In this document: in pieces, positions 60,841-64,000 of the stretch | Position numbering within the stretch: the stretch's first letter is position 1 | Layout of the letters: every line of letters starts with the position of its first letter | Origin: Prevotella sp. UBA1705 | Lineage (GTDB): Bacteria > Bacteroidota > Bacteroidia > Bacteroidales > Bacteroidaceae | DNA: 64,000 nucleotides | NCBI GenBank assembly: GCA_002317385.1 | Contig: DCJH01000067.1 | Location: forward strand, 29,727-93,726 | Direction: 5' to 3' | Program-made: the position numbers and the translations under genes | The notes under the pieces: generated by a model | What the model saw: only the letters and a program-made list of their open reading frames with translations | The model's database searches: none | What the model was told of the DNA's origin: nothing

Positions 60841-61920
60841 ATGAAGAAGAAAATATTACTCGGCATGACGCTTGGTGAGCTCAAGGAGGTCTCCAAGTCG
60901 TTGGGTATGCCCGCATTCACGGGTGACCAGATGGCCAAATGGCTGTATGAACAGCACGTGCGCTCCATCGACGAGATGACCAATATATCCAAGTCCAACC
61001 GCGCCAAGCTGGCCGAGGCCTACGAGGTGGGCTGCATGGATCCCATAGATGCCCAGCACTCGGTAGACGGAACGGTGAAATACCTGTTCCCCGTGCGCAC
61101 AACATCGGCCAAAACTGCGGCCGATGGCAGTGGCCCGCAGGCCCTGAAGTTTGTTGAGGCGGTGTATATACCCGATGAAGACCGTGCTACGCTCTGTGTC
61201 TCCTGCGAGGTGGGCTGCAAGATGGCCTGCCTTTTCTGCCAGACAGGAAAGCAGGGTTTCGAGGGCTATCTTACCGCAGCCGACATCCTCAACCAGGTCT
61301 ACAGCCTGCCCGAACGTGGCTCGCTGACCAACATTGTGTTCATGGGACAGGGCGAACCGATGGATAATCTCGACAATGTGCTGCGTTCCACCGAGATTCT
61401 CACGGCTCCCTACGCCTACGCTTGGAGCCCCAAGCGCATCACAGTGAGCAGCATCGGCGTGAAGGATAAGCTGCGCCGGTTTCTCGACGAGAGCGAGTGC
61501 CACGTGGCCATCAGCCTCCATTCGCCCATCCATGAGCAGCGCCTGGAGCTGATGCCCGGCGAAAAGACCATGCCGATAGAGGAGACTATCGAGCTCTTGC
61601 GCAATTACGACTTCGCCCATCAGCGCCGCCTGTCGTTCGAATATATCGTCTTTGGCGGTGTGAACGACTCTCAGGCCCATGCCCGCGAGATAGTGAAGCT
61701 GCTCAAGGGACTCTATTGCCGTGTCAACCTCATACGCTTCCACCAGATTCCCAACGTGCCCCTGCATGGCACAGACGATAAGAAGATGGAGGCGTTTCGC
61801 GACTATCTCACATCGCATGGCGTCTTCACCACCATCCGTGCGAGTCGTGGCGAAGACATCTTTGCGGCCTGCGGCCTGCTGAGCACGGCCAAGAAGATAG
61901 CGGAAGAACGTAAGCGCTGA
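60841..61920 (+). CDS. rlmN: 23S rRNA A2503 C2-methyltransferase
   Basis: CKMACLFC radical-SAM motif, MGQGEP, ISLH, FEYI, AACG; ATG 4 nt after TATCTTTG (60829-60836). Confidence 0.95.
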   Translation: MKKKILLGMTLGELKEVSKSLGMPAFTGDQMAKWLYEQHVRSIDEMTNISKSNRAKLAEAYEVGCMDPIDAQHSVDGTVKYLFPVRTTSAKTAADGSGPQALKFVEAVYIPDEDRATLCVSCEVGCKMACLFCQTGKQGFEGYLTAADILNQVYSLPERGSLTNIVFMGQGEPMDNLDNVLRSTEILTAPYAYAWSPKRITVSSIGVKDKLRRFLDESECHVAISLHSPIHEQRLELMPGEKTMPIEETIELLRNYDFAHQRRLSFEYIVFGGVNDSQAHAREIVKLLKGLYCRVNLIRFHQIPNVPLHGTDDKKMEAFRDYLTSHGVFTTIRASRGEDIFAACGLLSTAKKIAEERKR

Positions 61921-61924
61921 CCCT

Positions 61925-62866
61925 ATGAGGCGGTGGTCTCTCGGCATATCGGGCATGGCATGGCTGCTTTTCGCGGCCACGATGCTCCTGTCTGGGTGTA
62001 AGGACCGCCCGGGATTGCTGCCCCAGTCGGGCGGCCGTCCCTACGAGGTGTTGGTGGTGGGCGACCGCTCCCGCATTGTCACTGCGGCCTTGCAAACCGA
62101 CGTTCCCGGCCTTCCGCAGGGTGAACCGGAGTTCGATGTGTCGTGCGTCGACAGCGCGAAGCTCACGTCTCCGCTACGTGTAGCGCGCAACATTGTGATG
62201 GTGAACATCGACCCCAAGCTATATACCACGACGCGCATACGCTATGAAAAGAATGTCTATGCGCAGCCGCAGATGATGGTCTACGTCGGTGCGCCATCGG
62301 TCGAAGCGCTCAGAGCCGACTTCAAACAGCAGGCCCCGATGCTCCGCCAGCTGCTGGGACGGGCCGAAATCAATGCTGCCATCATGAGGCTCAAGCGCCA
62401 ACGCAATATCAAGGCGGAGCGGATGGTGAGAGAAATGTTTGGCGTAGACCTCTGGATTCCTATGGATATGGTGTCGAGCAAGCGTGGGAAAGACTTCCTC
62501 TGGCTAAGCAACGACCAGCCTGAGGGTATGCAGAATATCGTGATATACCGATGTCGTGAGGCCGCCGACAAGCAGCAATTCGTGATGCTCCGCGACAGCA
62601 TCATGCGACAAAACATCAAAGGCGAGACCGACGCCATGTACATGCAGACCGTGCCCCAGACCGTCACGGCGACCATAGTCCGCGAGAAAGGCCGCCCGAT
62701 GACCATTTACCGCGGACTCTGGGAGATGCGGGGCGATGCCATGGGAGGCCCGTTTGTGAGTCACACCGTGGACCAGCTGACCGTCGAGGCCTTCGTCTTC
62801 GCACCGGGAATCAATAAGAGAAACAAACTGCGGCTTACCGAAGCCGCCCTTTATACATTAAAATAA
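61925..62866 (+). CDS. DUF4837-like lipoprotein
   Basis: Lipobox LSGC; GRPYEVLVV, GLPQ.EP.FD, YAQPQ, RGLWEM..DAMGGPFVS; position between rlmN and pdxA. Confidence 0.8.
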   Translation: MRRWSLGISGMAWLLFAATMLLSGCKDRPGLLPQSGGRPYEVLVVGDRSRIVTAALQTDVPGLPQGEPEFDVSCVDSAKLTSPLRVARNIVMVNIDPKLYTTTRIRYEKNVYAQPQMMVYVGAPSVEALRADFKQQAPMLRQLLGRAEINAAIMRLKRQRNIKAERMVREMFGVDLWIPMDMVSSKRGKDFLWLSNDQPEGMQNIVIYRCREAADKQQFVMLRDSIMRQNIKGETDAMYMQTVPQTVTATIVREKGRPMTIYRGLWEMRGDAMGGPFVSHTVDQLTVEAFVFAPGINKRNKLRLTEAALYTLK

Positions 62867-62871
62867 GCACA

Positions 62872-63993
62872 ATGGACAACAATAGAAAGATCCGCGTGGC
62901 CATTACCCACGGAGACACCAATGGAATTGGATATGAGCTCATCTTCAAGACTTTTGCATCGCCTGAGATACTGGAGCTCTGCACACCTATCATATATGGC
63001 TCGCCCAAAGTGGCTGCCTACCACCGCAATGCGCTGGGCATCGAGGCCAATTTCAGTATCGTGAACAGTGCCACGGAGGTGGAAGACGGCAGGGTGAACA
63101 TGCTGCCGGTGTTTGATGAAGAGGTGAAAGTGGAGCTGGGCACGCCCACCGAGGAGTCGGCTCAGGCTGCCATCAAGGCACTCGACCGTGCCCTTACCGA
63201 CTACAAGGAGGGATTGATCGATGTGCTCGTGGCCTGTCCCATGGACCGTCGGGAGCTTACCGTGGAGGGATTCTCCATTCCCAACCAGGCCAAATACATA
63301 GAGACCAGCATCGGTGAAGGCCGCAAGGGACTCGACATGCTTATCAATGAGCAGTTGCGTGTGGCCCTGATGACCGACAACATCGCCCTCAAAGACGTGG
63401 CCGATGCCATCACCCTGGAGGGTATTATAGAGAAAGTGGCGGTGATGTTCACTACCCTTCGTCGCGACATGCGTATCTCCAACCCCCGCATTGCCATCCT
63501 TGCCCTCAATCCGAACGACTCAGAGGAGCATCCGGGCAAGGAGGAGTCGGAGGCCATCATCCCCGCCATCCAGAAGTTGGCAGATGCCGGAGTGAACGCC
63601 TTCGGGCCCTATCAGGTGAACGATTTCTTCGGCAATGGCGAATATTTTGCCTTCGACGGCATCCTGGCCATGTATCACGACCAGGGCATTGCCCCCTTCA
63701 AGGCACTCACTCCGGAGAATAATATCCACTACTTGGGCGGTCTGCCGCTCATCGCCACGGCCGTAGACATGAGCCCGTGCTTTGATATTGCCGGTAAGGG
63801 AGAGGCCGACGAGTCGGCCCTGCGCCACGCCATCTATCATGCCATCGACGGTTTCCGCAACCGCAACAACTTCGATGCGCCCTATGCCAACCCGCTGCCC
63901 AAGCTCTATCACGAGCGCAGGGACGACAGCGAGAAGGTGAGATTCTCCATCCCCAAGAAGCATGAGAATGCCATCAAAGAGCGCCAACAATAG
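62872..63993 (+). CDS. pdxA: PdxA-family protein with degenerate active site
   Basis: AITHGDTNGIGYE, LAMYHDQG, FDIAGKG present; several catalytic motifs altered (see findings). Confidence 0.8.
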   Translation: MDNNRKIRVAITHGDTNGIGYELIFKTFASPEILELCTPIIYGSPKVAAYHRNALGIEANFSIVNSATEVEDGRVNMLPVFDEEVKVELGTPTEESAQAAIKALDRALTDYKEGLIDVLVACPMDRRELTVEGFSIPNQAKYIETSIGEGRKGLDMLINEQLRVALMTDNIALKDVADAITLEGIIEKVAVMFTTLRRDMRISNPRIAILALNPNDSEEHPGKEESEAIIPAIQKLADAGVNAFGPYQVNDFFGNGEYFAFDGILAMYHDQGIAPFKALTPENNIHYLGGLPLIATAVDMSPCFDIAGKGEADESALRHAIYHAIDGFRNRNNFDAPYANPLPKLYHERRDDSEKVRFSIPKKHENAIKERQQ

Positions 63994-64000
63994 GCCGCAG

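Overview
Core-chromosome segment of a Bacteroidota (Prevotella-like) bacterium, judged from TAnnTTTG promoters, a tmRNA with tag GENNYALAA and typical gene families. It holds housekeeping genes (udk, pdxS/pdxT, nagB, rlmN, ssrA), an AT-rich Wzy-dependent polysaccharide cluster (about 8.8-23.6 kb) with a convergent Wzi, a Ser-type sulfatase, an RND efflux operon with a two-component system, a His-rich metal-uptake operon, a GlcNAc cluster, an ECF sigma/anti-sigma module with two receptors, and an AmpG/SpoIID pair. No integrase, transposase, CRISPR array or rRNA was found. Best candidates for undescribed biology: (1) a ThiD-like pseudokinase fused to an AraC HTH directly upstream of pdxST (putative vitamin B6 sensor-regulator), with a catalytically eroded PdxA in the same window; (2) a CxxC/His leader ORF ending in the RAPP ribosome-arrest motif ahead of the metal TonB-dependent receptor operon; (3) five dispersed intergenic elements built from 22-bp-phased palindromic units beside an IHF-consensus-like box, one nested inside a GTAG-REP pair; (4) two tandem receptors sharing a ~96% identical 495-bp signalling module but with divergent barrels. 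All calls come from motif recognition by eye; no searches were run.
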